Of a DNA stretch of 64,000 bases, positions 18,325 to 28,636 are shown piece by piece. Under the pieces are notes generated by a model. That model searched no databases. It was given only the letters and a program-made list of their open reading frames with translations, and was not told the DNA's origin. Position numbers and translations under genes: made by a program. Positions within the stretch are counted from its first letter, which is position 1; every line of letters starts with the position of its first letter. This DNA comes from Planctomycetota bacterium (GTDB taxonomy: Bacteria; Planctomycetota; GCA-002687715; CAIWVZ01): positions 1 through 64,000 of the forward strand of contig JBGANV010000006.1 in the NCBI GenBank assembly GCA_044222185.1, in the 5' to 3' direction.

Positions 18325-18768
18325 TCACTCCGATCCGTCGGACGTCGCGCCGACGACGCGAAAGCCCTCACGTTCGGCGCACTCGGCAAGCCGTGAATCG
18401 AAAGTCACGAACTCGACTTCCTCTGGCCGGTCGGCGACGGCGTAGAGTGCGGCCGCCAGCTGCAGGGAGTCACCGGCCCTGAGCGGATGGACCTCGAGGA
18501 TGCGCCGCGCGCGCTGAACCACGGCGGCGATGTCGGAGATCTCGACCCATCGTTCCGAGAGCCGTCGAAGAATGTCACGCGCCGCGCGCATCTCAGGCGA
18601 ACCGAGTCCGTGATCGCGCCGTCGGCGGCTGATCGCGGACCAGACCTCGACCGGCGTCAGGCACCACACGGACAGTGACGTGTCGCCCTCGTAGAGGCTC
18701 TCCGATCTCGCCGTGAATGCGTCGCGGACCAGGAGTGGGCAGACGGCCGACGAATCCCAGAACCTCAT
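18325..18768 (-). CDS. vapC: PIN-domain toxin (VapC-like)
   Basis: MRFWDSSAVCPLLV…PLRAGDSLQLAAAL…FVTFDSRLAECAEREG shows the PIN acidic residues. The ORF overlaps the upstream antitoxin ORF by 4 bp. Confidence 0.7.
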   Translation of the reverse strand: MRFWDSSAVCPLLVRDAFTARSESLYEGDTSLSVWCLTPVEVWSAISRRRRDHGLGSPEMRAARDILRRLSERWVEISDIAAVVQRARRILEVHPLRAGDSLQLAAALYAVADRPEEVEFVTFDSRLAECAEREGFRVVGATSDGSE

Positions 18769-19070
18769 CGGTCGTTTCTCCGTTCGTCGATCAACGCATC
18801 GACGACGCCGAAGGTCTTCGCGCCTGCCGGGAGGCGGCGCAAGTTGCGCGGCAGCGGCTTGAGCGTCCCGATCCTCGCTCCGCCCGAGCGGCGAAGGCGC
18901 TCGACCCACGGCGGAATCGTGCCGGCTTCGGACGGCGTCGCTGCCGTGATCGGTACCAGGCGTGCGACGGGAACGTTGCGGTCGCGGATCTCGATCGATT
19001 GTCCGCCCCGGACGGCGTCGAGGTATCGGCTGAGATGCGCCCGAAAGTGTGTGATGGGAATGCTCTTCAT
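18765..19070 (-). CDS. vapB: Phd/YefM-type antitoxin (VapB-like)
   Basis: 101-aa ORF MKSIPITHFRAHLSRYLDAVRGGQSIEIRDRNVPVARLVPI… (prevent-host-death fold pattern), translationally coupled to the PIN gene. Confidence 0.6.
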   Translation of the reverse strand: MKSIPITHFRAHLSRYLDAVRGGQSIEIRDRNVPVARLVPITAATPSEAGTIPPWVERLRRSGGARIGTLKPLPRNLRRLPAGAKTFGVVDALIDERRNDR

Positions 19071-19255
19071 GATTTGATCATTATGGTCAGAACAGTGAGC
19101 GCGTCAACGACGGCGGTCCCGGGGGTTACGACCCGATGACCGCCAGTGCCGCCCGCGAGCCGACCGTTGACGGGCCGACCCATCGACGGCGGTCTCGCGA
19201 AGTTCGCATCCTGCCGATGTCGATCGTCCATGCCTCCGTCGTTGGGCGGGCCGAG

Positions 19256-22200
19256 CTAACGCGGCCTGTGTCGCGCGTCTTGCAATGCGCCCGCGTCGAT
19301 TGCCCATTCGATCGCCTGGAGAACCGGCAGTTCGGCGATTTCGAGATGTCGTGACGCCACGCGTCGCCTGGTGCCGTCGCCGCGATCCAGCTCGAGGTGC
19401 ATCTCCAATGGGCCCGTGGATGGCACCGGAAAGGCTGCCGACCCGTCAGTCGCGACGGGCTCGCTCATCATTCCGACGAATGTGCGCTCGGGGGTTCGTT
19501 CCACGGTTTTCGCACGCATCTCGTACCGACCGACGACGATCCGCCAGGACTCGCGGTTCGCCTGATTCAACGTCGCATTCGTGATCCGGACTGCGAGTGT
19601 CGGAGCCGCGTCGAGCACGACACGCGCCGTTGCCTGCGCAATTGTCGACTCGGTGGTCAGCAACCCCCGTTTCGAGATCTGTATGGACACGGTTCCCGGC
19701 GGGACGACGAGAACCGCGCGACCGTGGCTGTTCGTGAGGCGCGCGGGTCGCGGGTCGCCGTAGGGTGCGTCCGCCTCGGTGACCGTGATCCTGGCATTAG
19801 CCACCGGACACCCGCTTCGATCCACGACGTCGATCGCACGGGCCAGGATGCGGTCGCGCAGATCGATGGGCTGAACCCGCACGACTCCCGACGCTGGAAC
19901 TTGGTGCCGTCGACCCTGGCGAACACGACAGGGTCGATGGGGGTATGGAGTCCCGCGAGCGAGACGGTGATGACGCCCATCCCGGACTGCAGGCCGCGGA
20001 TCCGGAATGTCCCAGCTGAATCGACTCGGTCTGCGGCGTGCGCCGCCGGATGACCACCGGTGGAGGGCGCGCCGGCGCAGCTGCCCCGAATCTCGACAAA
20101 CAGCTCGATTCCTGGGACGCCATCGGGGAGGAGCAGAGAGCCTTCAAGGACCGCCGCCCGGGGAACCCTCACGACGACGTTCCCGGCGCCGGCTCTGAAT
20201 GGAGTGGGGTCGGATGGAGGTGCGTCATCTCCTTCGACCGAGAGCTGGAATTCGCCGTCGTCCACTGGCGCATAGATGGCGAAACGTCCGTCGTCGTCCG
20301 TGGCGCCGACGAGAGTTGGATCGCGGGAGTCGGTGGACGCCCCCGCCTGCGCCGTGGTCCATCGAGCGTCGATGCGAAGCCTGGCGTTCGGGACAGCCGA
20401 GCCGAGATCATCACGCACGACTCCGGAGACGAGGCAGGGGACCGGTTCCATGACGACCGTTCCGAATGCGATGTCGCGGGGCTGGGGCGACTCCGAGGGG
20501 AGTTTCACCGTCGTACTGCGAGGCTGGGTGTGGTCGCGCCAGTTCCCGAAATCGCGTGACATGAGCGCGAGTCGAGCTCCGGGCACAACCCACGCGCGAT
20601 CGTCGACAGGGACTCGGAGGCAGCCATTGCTGTCGGTGCGCGCTCGAGCCGAGTTCATCACGTCGAATACCGCCGATCCCGCGCGGGCGGGAGCCACGTA
20701 CACGACGTGGTTCGCGATCGGCTGGTTCGCTTCGTCGACGAGTCGCGCGACGATGACGGGTTTGCGCGCGCCGACGGCGAGCGAAACGTGGACCTTCTCG
20801 CCGGCTGTCGTCGGCCCAGCGACCTCCACCGACGCGAGCGCGTGTTCGTGGTCGAGTGCGTGAAGCCTGACGAGAAATCTGCCGCCGAGCGCGACTGTGG
20901 GGAACACGCACCGCCCATCGCGAACTTCGCGCCAGGATGTGCCGCGTTCCCAGCCGTGAGGATCGTGGTCATTCGACTCCACGAGTGCGCTCGTGATTCC
21001 CGCATACGCTGTGCCGCGCAGCGGGTTGCCGTCCTCGTCCGTCGCGTCGACGACGAGCTGCCCGGTCTCTGGGAGCTTCAGTACGATCGGATCGATTGGG
21101 AGATGATCGAGGTCGATTTCCGTCGGCGGCGCATCCGGAAATTCGGGGCCGAGATGAACGGCGAACATGCGTCCAGCGACGACCATCGAGCGCCACTGCT
21201 GCAAGTGGCGAGCTGTGAAGCAGCCCGACGAATCGGTCGTCCCGACGTAGACGTCACCCCGCGGCAGCCCCACGGCGGACTGGGTGATTCGTACGGGTAC
21301 GTCAGCCGCTCCGTGTCCCGACGAGTTCTCGACACGCACCTGCAGGGTGAGGTCGGCGCCCAGTTCCAGCCGCAGCAGCGATGTGCGTCCTTCGGCAGGG
21401 CTCCACGCGCGCCATCGACCAGGGGCGTTCGCCGTCAGGCGGGCTTCTGGCAGGTGGTGCAGCGTTGCCACTCCGTCGCTGCCCGTCGTGGCGGTCATCG
21501 TCGGCGTGAGTCTCTGGTAGCCCCAGTCGAGGTCCGTGGCGAGGAGCGCGACGTCGGGACTCCGCGTGACGGGTCCTCGATCCCAAGCGGTCAGCGTCGC
21601 GCCCGAAAGCGGTGCACCCGTTTCCTGCGCGACGACGAGAACGCGGACTTCGTCGCGTCCGACGGTGCGGGCCTCGTCCGTGTTGGGGTCGAACGCCGAT
21701 GTCACTACGGGCGCCACGGCGCTGAAGTTGCTTGTGGTGGACGGCGGGTCGTCCGCGGGGCGGACTGCGGTGCGGTCGCTCCCGACGAGCATGGCGGCTC
21801 CATCGGGCGTGCCGCCTCCTTGCTGGACGACGATCATGACGGCGACGAGCAGAACGAGGGTCAGCGTGCCGGTCGCGATCTTCATGGTTGCTCCCCCGAT
21901 CGTGGCCGCCGCAGCGAGCGAGGCCGTCGTGGAAAGTGTCGGTGCAGCGCAATCGCCGAGAAGCGGGGAGAACGCAAGCACCCACGACGCACGATCGCCG
22001 CCGAACGAGGAATCGAGAGTCCGACGAAGCCGTTCGAGGCCACGTTTCAGACGGGTCTTCACCGTGCCGACGGGTTCACCCGTACGAGCCGCGACGTCAC
22101 GCGGCGGCAGCCCGTGCAGATAGCGGAGGATGATTGCGTCGCGATATGGGTCGCCGAGCGCGTCGATGGCGTCGATGAGTCTGCGCAGCTGCTCGACGGC

Positions 22201-22497
22201 AACGACGGTGTCCGCCGTCGCTTGCTGCGGCGGTGCCGGAAGGGCGTCGTTCTCGTGGATCGCCCGGCGTCGCTCGCGGCGGCGCGCATGTCGCACGACG
22301 TTGCGCGCAATGCCGCGCAACCACGCGGCCGGATGGACTCGCTCTGGGCGCAGAGTTCGCAGGGCCGCAAGCCACGTCTCTTGGAGGACGTCCTCCGGAT
22401 CGACACCAGGACCCAGCAGCGCACGAACGAGACTCCGCAACCCCGTCGTCTCTTGACGGATGAAGTCGTCGTCGAGGGGATGGTCTGCGGGCGTCAT
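19256..22497 (-). CDS. ECF sigma-70 domain fused in frame to a TM helix and about 850-aa extracytoplasmic region with carboxypeptidase-regulatory-like repeats; reading frame breaks near 19885-19895 (frameshift or sequencing error)
   Basis: The N-terminal 180 aa carry sigma region 2 and region 4 (…GLPPRDVAARTGEPVGTVKTRLKRGLERLR…). There is no stop before the TM segment MKIATGTLTLVLLVAVMIVVQQ. Repeats include …VSGVVRDDLGSAVPNARLRIDAR…. ORF 19657..22497 continues in the other frame as ORF 19256..19882 (…SGCPVANARITVTEADAPYG…). Confidence 0.6.
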
Positions 22498-22607
22498 GGA
22501 TGGCCCATCATGCCCGCTCGTGGCCGATCGGGGTCAGGCGGTTTGGGGGTTCTTGGTTTTCATCGAGCCGGCGGGGGCGTCACGCGGCTAATCCGGCGCG
22601 TCCACGC

Positions 22608-22770
22608 TGGCGGCGCAGGCGATCTCCAAGGTCGTCGTCGCCGGCGTTCGCGGCGCGACGCCGCGGAGATCACGCCGATCGACGACGTCCGCTCGACGGC
22701 CGCGTACCGCCGAGCGGTTTGCGCGAACCTGCTCGAGCGGTTTTGGATCGAGACGTCGGCGTCCGCCGCC
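22608..22770. repeat. duplicated fragment of the FAD-subunit gene 3' end (copy of 18037-18300 with an internal deletion of about 105 bp)
   Basis: GGCGCAGGCGATCTCCAAGGTCGTCGTCGCCGGCGTTCGCGGCGCGACGCCGC|GGAGATCACGCCGATCGACGACGTCCGCTCGACGGCCGCGTACCGCCGAGCGGTTTGCGCGAACCTGCTCGAGCGGTTTTGGATCGAGACGTCGGCGTC is identical to 18041-18093 plus 18200-18300. Confidence 0.85.
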
Positions 22771-22802
22771 GGAGCGGTGCGACCGTCACACGGACGATCC
22801 CA

Positions 22803-25800
22803 TCACGGCAACGGGTAGGGGAGCGCGAGATCCCGACACTCGACTCCGCCGCTGTGCGTGAACACGAGCTTCGACGTCGTGAGACCGCCCGTTCCGCTCC
22901 GCAGGAACCAGATCGTGCCGTGGTCGCCGACGTTGTAGAAACCCGTCTCGAGCACGACACGCGCGGTCGTGTCCAAGACCGGCGCCGTCATCGACCCACC
23001 GGTGCCCGGAATGAGCTTGTAGATCGAGAGCTTTCCGCCGGCCTCACCCACGGCGAGCGCGTCGCTCGTGCCGTCTCCGTTGATGTCGATGAAGCGGAGA
23101 CCCGTCACGCGACCCAACGCGTAGGACGCTCGGACCGTGACGGACGACGCAGTGACGTCCAGGAGGAACACGCTCTTCCCGGAGTAGGCCGTGCTCGTGC
23201 TGGCGAAGATCGCGCCCACGGCCGCCGTGTTGCCGTCCGCATCGCAGGCCGCGATGTCAGCGCAGCGCAGCGTGACGTTCGGCACCGGGGTCGACGTGAA
23301 GGGGACCGGCCAGCCGAGGCCGTGGCTTCCATACTGGACCATGTCACCGACGAACACGTTCCCGCTCTGCGAGCCGAAGAGCACGCGATCGAGGACGCCG
23401 CCGGGAGTGAGCGAGAGGATCTTCAGCGCGGCGTCCTCCGTGGCGGACAGCGTGTTGACGCCGAACGGTCCGATTGCGGACGCGAAGCCTGATGGCGGGG
23501 ACGGGATCGGAGCGAACGTTCCGGCCTCGTTCGCCTCGGCGACGCCGCTTGCGAGACGCGGGCACATGCCGTCAGGCAGGCTCGTGGCGCTGCTGCACGA
23601 CGACGCCCCGACGACCCAGTTGTGCTCGTTCGCCTTGTCGGACGACGCGACGATCAAGCCCCATTTCCGCGCCGCACGGAGGAAGCCAGACGGCGAGCCG
23701 CTGAACGGCATCACGTCGCCACCCTCCTCGAACAGCTCGTAGGACGCGTCGACGTCCGTGTCGGCCGTCCGCCGCATCTGCTTGGGGAGAACCTGGACGG
23801 ACGTGCTGGAGCAATCCTGCAGGCGGGCGACGGTGCGACCGCCGTTGGCCGTCAGTTCTGCACCCGTGGCGAGGTTGAACCGACGCAGCTTCCACGCGCC
23901 GACGGCCGTCGAACCACGCTCGAGGACCGCCAGCTCCCATTGCGATGCCGGAGACGCGACGAGGCGGACGTCGACGGCTGTCGTCGGGAGGCGCCCTGCG
24001 ATCGCGCTCGGTGCGGAGAGCGCCGATCCGGTCGTCGTGAGGAACCGGATTCCACCGACAGACGTGAACTGCACGATTCGATCCGTGCCGCCGATCGAGC
24101 CGAGCACGAACGCGCCGCCCGGCGTCGACGTGAGCGACGACGACACCGCCCCCGTGGTGAGATCGACCGAGTACAGCGCGCCCTGGTTCACGATCACCGA
24201 CGTGCTGCCGCTGACGGCGATGTGCTCGACCGGACCGCTGTTCGCGAGCGGAATGCGCCCGAGCGCCGCGCCGAGCGAGAGCGTCGGTACGGGGATGCAG
24301 GAATCGTACTCCTGGCAGACAGCGCACGGATCGGTGCCGCCGCTCGGCTTGCAGCCCGAGGGGATCGTCGGCAGCGTCAGGCTCGTGCTCGGCGGAACGA
24401 TCGCGATCGGAGTTCCAGTCGTCAGGTTGATCCGCGCTCCGGAGGTGTCGAGTACGGTCAGCCAGTTCACGAACGGGCTCACGTGCGTGTTCTGCTGCGA
24501 ACCGCCGCAGACGATCCACGTGCTGCCACCCGACCCGGAGACGAATTCAAAATCCCGTGGTTCGTACTCGAGGTACTCGGACGTCATCTCGACGACGAGC
24601 CGAGCGACGCCGCCCACCGTCGGGAACCCGAAGCGCGCGATGTGTCCCTTGGCGAGCGACGCGTACAGCCGTCCCTTGCCGCCTTCGCTGCGGATCATGA
24701 GCTTGCACGCCATGCCGATCGGCGCCTTGAACAGTTCCGCGCGCGTCCCAGCGTCTTCGATGACGAGAGTGTCGCCGTGATCGATGTACGCGACGTGCGG
24801 GCCGGCTCCGAACGACCATCCGGAGATCGAGCCCGACGTGATGGCGGTGACGTCGCGGCGGACCGGCGCACCTGGGAAGGCCGTCTCGGCGCCCGTCGCC
24901 GGGTTGAGATAGTGAATGCCGCGCATGTCACCCACGAGGACCGCGCCGCCCGATCCGATGGTGAGAGATTTCGGGTCGACGCCCGTGAACGTGCTCCACG
25001 CCATCGTCGGCGGGTTCGTCGTGAGATCGAATTTCCGGACGTACCCCTCGAGGCTCTTCACGTAGAGCGCATCGCCGCTGACGACCGCGGTGTCGAGCTG
25101 GAGACCGAGCTCCGTCCCGAGGCCGACCAGGCTGAACGTGGGCGACGAGATGTACGTGGGGTTCGGGTTCGTCGACGCCCGCGTCTGGAGCAGGAAGTCG
25201 TCGTAGGTCGTGTCCGGCGCGTAGGCGGGCGTGCTCGGCGTCGTCATGCATGCGGTGACTGTGGCGTTCGCGACGTGCGGCGGGACCCCCGGTGCGCAGG
25301 GGAGGCCGGCTCGCATGCGAATGAGCAGGTTCTTGATGGCGTCGTCATCGTCGAAGCCGCAGGTCTCGCCGTGACCCGAATCGTCGATGACCTGATAGTC
25401 GATCCATGCCGGCAACGCCGCCTTCGTCGCGTCGACGAGATCGCGCGAGGGGATCAGGCGGTCGTCACGGCCATCGACGATCGTCATGGGGATGCGGAAG
25501 TTGCCCGGGCTGTGAAGCAGATCCAGTGCGTCGAGCGACAGGCCGTACTGGCGTGCGATCGTGGCGCCGTTGTCCAGGTCCGAGTCGTCGAGGGGACGGA
25601 GCGGATGGAGACCGGACGCCCTGCGGCGCGTCTGGATGAGTGCGTGCCATGCCTCGTAGTGCCGATAGCTCGTCGGTGTCCCACGAACGTAGACCGCGTC
25701 GAAGACGTCGGGCGCGAGCGCCGCGGACGCGAGCCCGACGCCGGCGCCGTAGGACCCGCCGGTGCGAACGATGTAGTTGTACCCCTGAGCCCGCATCAGA

Positions 25801-26450
25801 CTCGCGATCATCACGCCCTGCTGAACGGAGAAGACCAGCGGTTGGTAGTAGACGGAGTCCGCCATTCGCACGACGGCGCAGCCGCGCTGAAGCCACGGCA
25901 TGGCCTGCGAGACGTCGAGCTCCGGCGGCCGATCGAACGGCGTGTTGATCGAGCCGTCCGTGCGCGTGGGGAAGTCGTAGACGACCGCCACGTCGGGGTC
26001 CGTCTGGGAGGCGGCCCACGTGGGATCGGGCACGTAGGCCGAAAACCACTGGCGGTTGACCTTGCCTGCCAAGCGGTAGACGGAGACGGGTGTTCCGTTG
26101 AACGAGACGGTCTCCACGCACGTCGGGTACGCCACGTAACTCGAGAGCTGGATGCTCGACGCGACCGGCGTGTCACATGCCCCACCCACATAGGCGCCGA
26201 CGCCGATGTCGTAGTAGAGCTCGCCCCAGTTCTGGAATAGGTCGTTGTTGAAGTTCAGGTGCCAGCCCGAGTGGAGATCGGGGTTGGTGGGATCGTAGAG
26301 GAACGGAATCCCTGCGCCGCCCATGTAGGTCGTTTGCGCAGCGGACGTCGCCGCGAGCAGGATCCAGGCGGCGAGCCACAGCGGCCGATTGCAGCTCCGC
26401 TCACGGCGGAGCATGGCTGCACGAGGTGACGGATCGGACATGGATGGCAA
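22803..26450 (-). CDS. large secreted protein: N-terminal alpha/beta-hydrolase (esterase/lipase-like, GGSYGAG nucleophile elbow) + C-terminal beta-propeller/FG-GAP-like region
   Basis: 1215-aa ORF. Signal peptide …NRPLWLAAWILLAATSAAQ (likely start MLRRERS at about 26414). Motifs G-x-S-x-G and …IDINGDGTSDALAVGEAGGKLSIYKL…. Antisense ORF 23622..26240 is Arg-rich junk. Confidence 0.7.
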   Translation of the reverse strand: MPSMSDPSPRAAMLRRERSCNRPLWLAAWILLAATSAAQTTYMGGAGIPFLYDPTNPDLHSGWHLNFNNDLFQNWGELYYDIGVGAYVGGACDTPVASSIQLSSYVAYPTCVETVSFNGTPVSVYRLAGKVNRQWFSAYVPDPTWAASQTDPDVAVVYDFPTRTDGSINTPFDRPPELDVSQAMPWLQRGCAVVRMADSVYYQPLVFSVQQGVMIASLMRAQGYNYIVRTGGSYGAGVGLASAALAPDVFDAVYVRGTPTSYRHYEAWHALIQTRRRASGLHPLRPLDDSDLDNGATIARQYGLSLDALDLLHSPGNFRIPMTIVDGRDDRLIPSRDLVDATKAALPAWIDYQVIDDSGHGETCGFDDDDAIKNLLIRMRAGLPCAPGVPPHVANATVTACMTTPSTPAYAPDTTYDDFLLQTRASTNPNPTYISSPTFSLVGLGTELGLQLDTAVVSGDALYVKSLEGYVRKFDLTTNPPTMAWSTFTGVDPKSLTIGSGGAVLVGDMRGIHYLNPATGAETAFPGAPVRRDVTAITSGSISGWSFGAGPHVAYIDHGDTLVIEDAGTRAELFKAPIGMACKLMIRSEGGKGRLYASLAKGHIARFGFPTVGGVARLVVEMTSEYLEYEPRDFEFVSGSGGSTWIVCGGSQQNTHVSPFVNWLTVLDTSGARINLTTGTPIAIVPPSTSLTLPTIPSGCKPSGGTDPCAVCQEYDSCIPVPTLSLGAALGRIPLANSGPVEHIAVSGSTSVIVNQGALYSVDLTTGAVSSSLTSTPGGAFVLGSIGGTDRIVQFTSVGGIRFLTTTGSALSAPSAIAGRLPTTAVDVRLVASPASQWELAVLERGSTAVGAWKLRRFNLATGAELTANGGRTVARLQDCSSTSVQVLPKQMRRTADTDVDASYELFEEGGDVMPFSGSPSGFLRAARKWGLIVASSDKANEHNWVVGASSCSSATSLPDGMCPRLASGVAEANEAGTFAPIPSPPSGFASAIGPFGVNTLSATEDAALKILSLTPGGVLDRVLFGSQSGNVFVGDMVQYGSHGLGWPVPFTSTPVPNVTLRCADIAACDADGNTAAVGAIFASTSTAYSGKSVFLLDVTASSVTVRASYALGRVTGLRFIDINGDGTSDALAVGEAGGKLSIYKLIPGTGGSMTAPVLDTTARVVLETGFYNVGDHGTIWFLRSGTGGLTTSKLVFTHSGGVECRDLALPYPLP

Positions 26451-26887
26451 TCCCTTTCAGCGGTTGCGGACCGAGGCGAATCGATGAAGTCGTCGTCCGC
26501 CATCTAGTGGGAAATCCGCACGAACCCGGACGTGTGCCCGTCGCGTTTCTGACGACATGCCCGAGGACGCTCGGGTCCGGGTCTGTGTGAAGGAGGCGCC
26601 GTGATGGAGATGGCGACAGGTGGCCGGCGCGATCCGACCGTTCCTGCGACTTGCTGAGCGCGTAGTCGTCGTCGGCGAGTGCGTGCCGTCCATGGTGGGG
26701 GTGCGCCATCGCGGTAAGCGATCCTGTGTTCGTGGTGATCACGGCCGTCGCCGAGAAGCTGTTCCGCGGGGGGAAACGCACGCGCGGCGCTCCGGCCGGG
26801 GTCGCCGTGTCCCGTCCCTCCGCTCAGTGATGCGACCGAGTCCCCCCTGACGCCGACGTCGCGCGACTCGCTTCCTGGAGAGCTGAC

Positions 26888-27892
26888 ATGAGAACGGACA
26901 GACGCAGTCTTCCGCGTGCGGTGCCCGTGGGCTTCACCGCCGCCGCGCTGCTGCTCGTGGGGTGTTCGAACAACGATTCCTGGTTCTCGGGGAGTTCCGA
27001 CGCCGAGGGATCGACGTCGGCCGCGAGTGCCTCCATCGACGCGGCGACGGAACCGCCGTGGGACGGCTTCGTCGACACGTTCGCGCAGGCGAACGGCGTT
27101 CGCATCCATTACCGGATGAGCGGCCAGGGACCGGCCGTCGTCCTGCTCCACGGCTACACGCAGACGGGGTACATGTGGCACGGCGTGGCTCCGACCCTGG
27201 CGCAGCGCCACACCGTCATCGTTCCGGATCTGAGAGGCGCGGGCGCCTCGGAGAAGGCGCAGGGCGGTTACGACAAGAAGACGATGGCGCAGGACGTCCA
27301 CGCGCTCCTCGCCATGCTCGGAATCCCGCGGGCCACGGTCGTCGGTCACGACATCGGCCTCATGGTCGCCTATGCGTTCGCGGCCCAATTCCCCGAGGCG
27401 ACGGACCGCGTCGTGCTCATGGACGCGTTCCTTCCCGGCGTCGGCGATTGGACCCGCGTGTGGCTCCTGCGTGACCTGTGGCACTTCCACTTTCACGGCG
27501 AAGTGCCGCTCGCGCTCGTCCGCGGACGGGAGCGCATCTACCTCGAGCACTTCTGGAACGACTTTGCGGCCGACCGCAACCACTCGGTCCCCGAGGCCGA
27601 CCGCCGCATCTACGCCGCGGCCTACGCCCAGCCGGACGCCATGCGCGCGGGCTTCGCCTACTTCCAGGCGTTCGAACAGGACGCGGCCGACTTCGCGCAG
27701 TTCGCGCGGACGCCGCTCGCGGGTCCCATGCTCGTCCTCACGGGCGAGAAGGCGTCGGGCCAGACGTTGATCGATCAGGCCCGCCTGGTTTCGAACGACG
27801 TCCGCGGCGTGATCGTCCCAGGATCAGGCCACTGGCTCATGGAGGAGGCCCCGGAGAAGGTCGTTCCCGAGCTCCTCGCGTTCATCGATTGA
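26888..27892 (+). CDS. alpha/beta hydrolase (epoxide-hydrolase/haloalkane-dehalogenase-like) lipoprotein
   Basis: Lipobox LLLVGCS. NGVRIHYRMSGQGPAVVLLHGYTQTGYMWH…VVGHDIGLMVAY is the classic HGxP plus nucleophile-elbow pattern. Confidence 0.85.
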   Translation: MRTDRRSLPRAVPVGFTAAALLLVGCSNNDSWFSGSSDAEGSTSAASASIDAATEPPWDGFVDTFAQANGVRIHYRMSGQGPAVVLLHGYTQTGYMWHGVAPTLAQRHTVIVPDLRGAGASEKAQGGYDKKTMAQDVHALLAMLGIPRATVVGHDIGLMVAYAFAAQFPEATDRVVLMDAFLPGVGDWTRVWLLRDLWHFHFHGEVPLALVRGRERIYLEHFWNDFAADRNHSVPEADRRIYAAAYAQPDAMRAGFAYFQAFEQDAADFAQFARTPLAGPMLVLTGEKASGQTLIDQARLVSNDVRGVIVPGSGHWLMEEAPEKVVPELLAFID

Positions 27893-27931
27893 AGGCCGTT
27901 CTCTTCTTCCACACTCACGGAGTGAATCGTC

Positions 27932-28606
27932 ATGGCGAACTACAACAAGCTCTACACCCCGCAGGACTCGGCGATCGTGTTCATCGACATGCAGCCCCAG
28001 ATGTTGTTCGGGGTCGGCAACATGGACCGCGCGACGCTCGTCAACAACACGGTGCTCCTCGCGAAGGTGGCCAAGGAGTTCCGCGTCCCGACGGTGCTGA
28101 CGGCCGTCGAGACCGAGTCCTTCAGCGGCTACGTGTTTCCCCAACTGCTCGACGTGTTCCCAGGCCAGCCGGTCATCGAGCGTTCGTCCATGAACTCGTG
28201 GGACGATCCGGGCTTCCGCAAGGCGATCGAGGCCACGGGGCGCAAGAACATCCTCATGACCGGGCTGTGGACGGAAGTCTGCATCACCTGGCCGACGCTC
28301 GAGATGATCGCGGCGGGCTACACCGTGTACGTCGTCGACGATTGCTGCGCGGCGACGTCGCCGGCCGCGCACGAGGCCGCGCTCTCGCGCATGGTGCAGG
28401 CAGGCGCGATCCGGGTGACGACGATCGCGGCGCTCCTCGAGTGGCAGCGCGACTGGGCGAACAAGGAGCACTACGCGGCTTTGATGGGACACCTGAAGCA
28501 GCACGGCGGAGCCTATGGCGCGGGCATCGAGTACGCCTACACGATGGTGCACAAGGCCGCACAGTCCGCGCAGAAGCCGCAGGTCCCGGGGAAGAAGCCT
28601 CACTGA
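27932..28606 (+). CDS. isochorismatase-family cysteine hydrolase
   Basis: …AIVFIDMQPQM…ILMTGLWTEVCITWPTLEMIAAGYTVYVVDDCCAA… shows the Asp-Lys-Cys triad pattern of the YcaC/isochorismatase family. Confidence 0.85.
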   Translation: MANYNKLYTPQDSAIVFIDMQPQMLFGVGNMDRATLVNNTVLLAKVAKEFRVPTVLTAVETESFSGYVFPQLLDVFPGQPVIERSSMNSWDDPGFRKAIEATGRKNILMTGLWTEVCITWPTLEMIAAGYTVYVVDDCCAATSPAAHEAALSRMVQAGAIRVTTIAALLEWQRDWANKEHYAALMGHLKQHGGAYGAGIEYAYTMVHKAAQSAQKPQVPGKKPH

Positions 28607-28636
28607 GGCGGGCGCGTCCGCCAGGACGGGGCGCGA

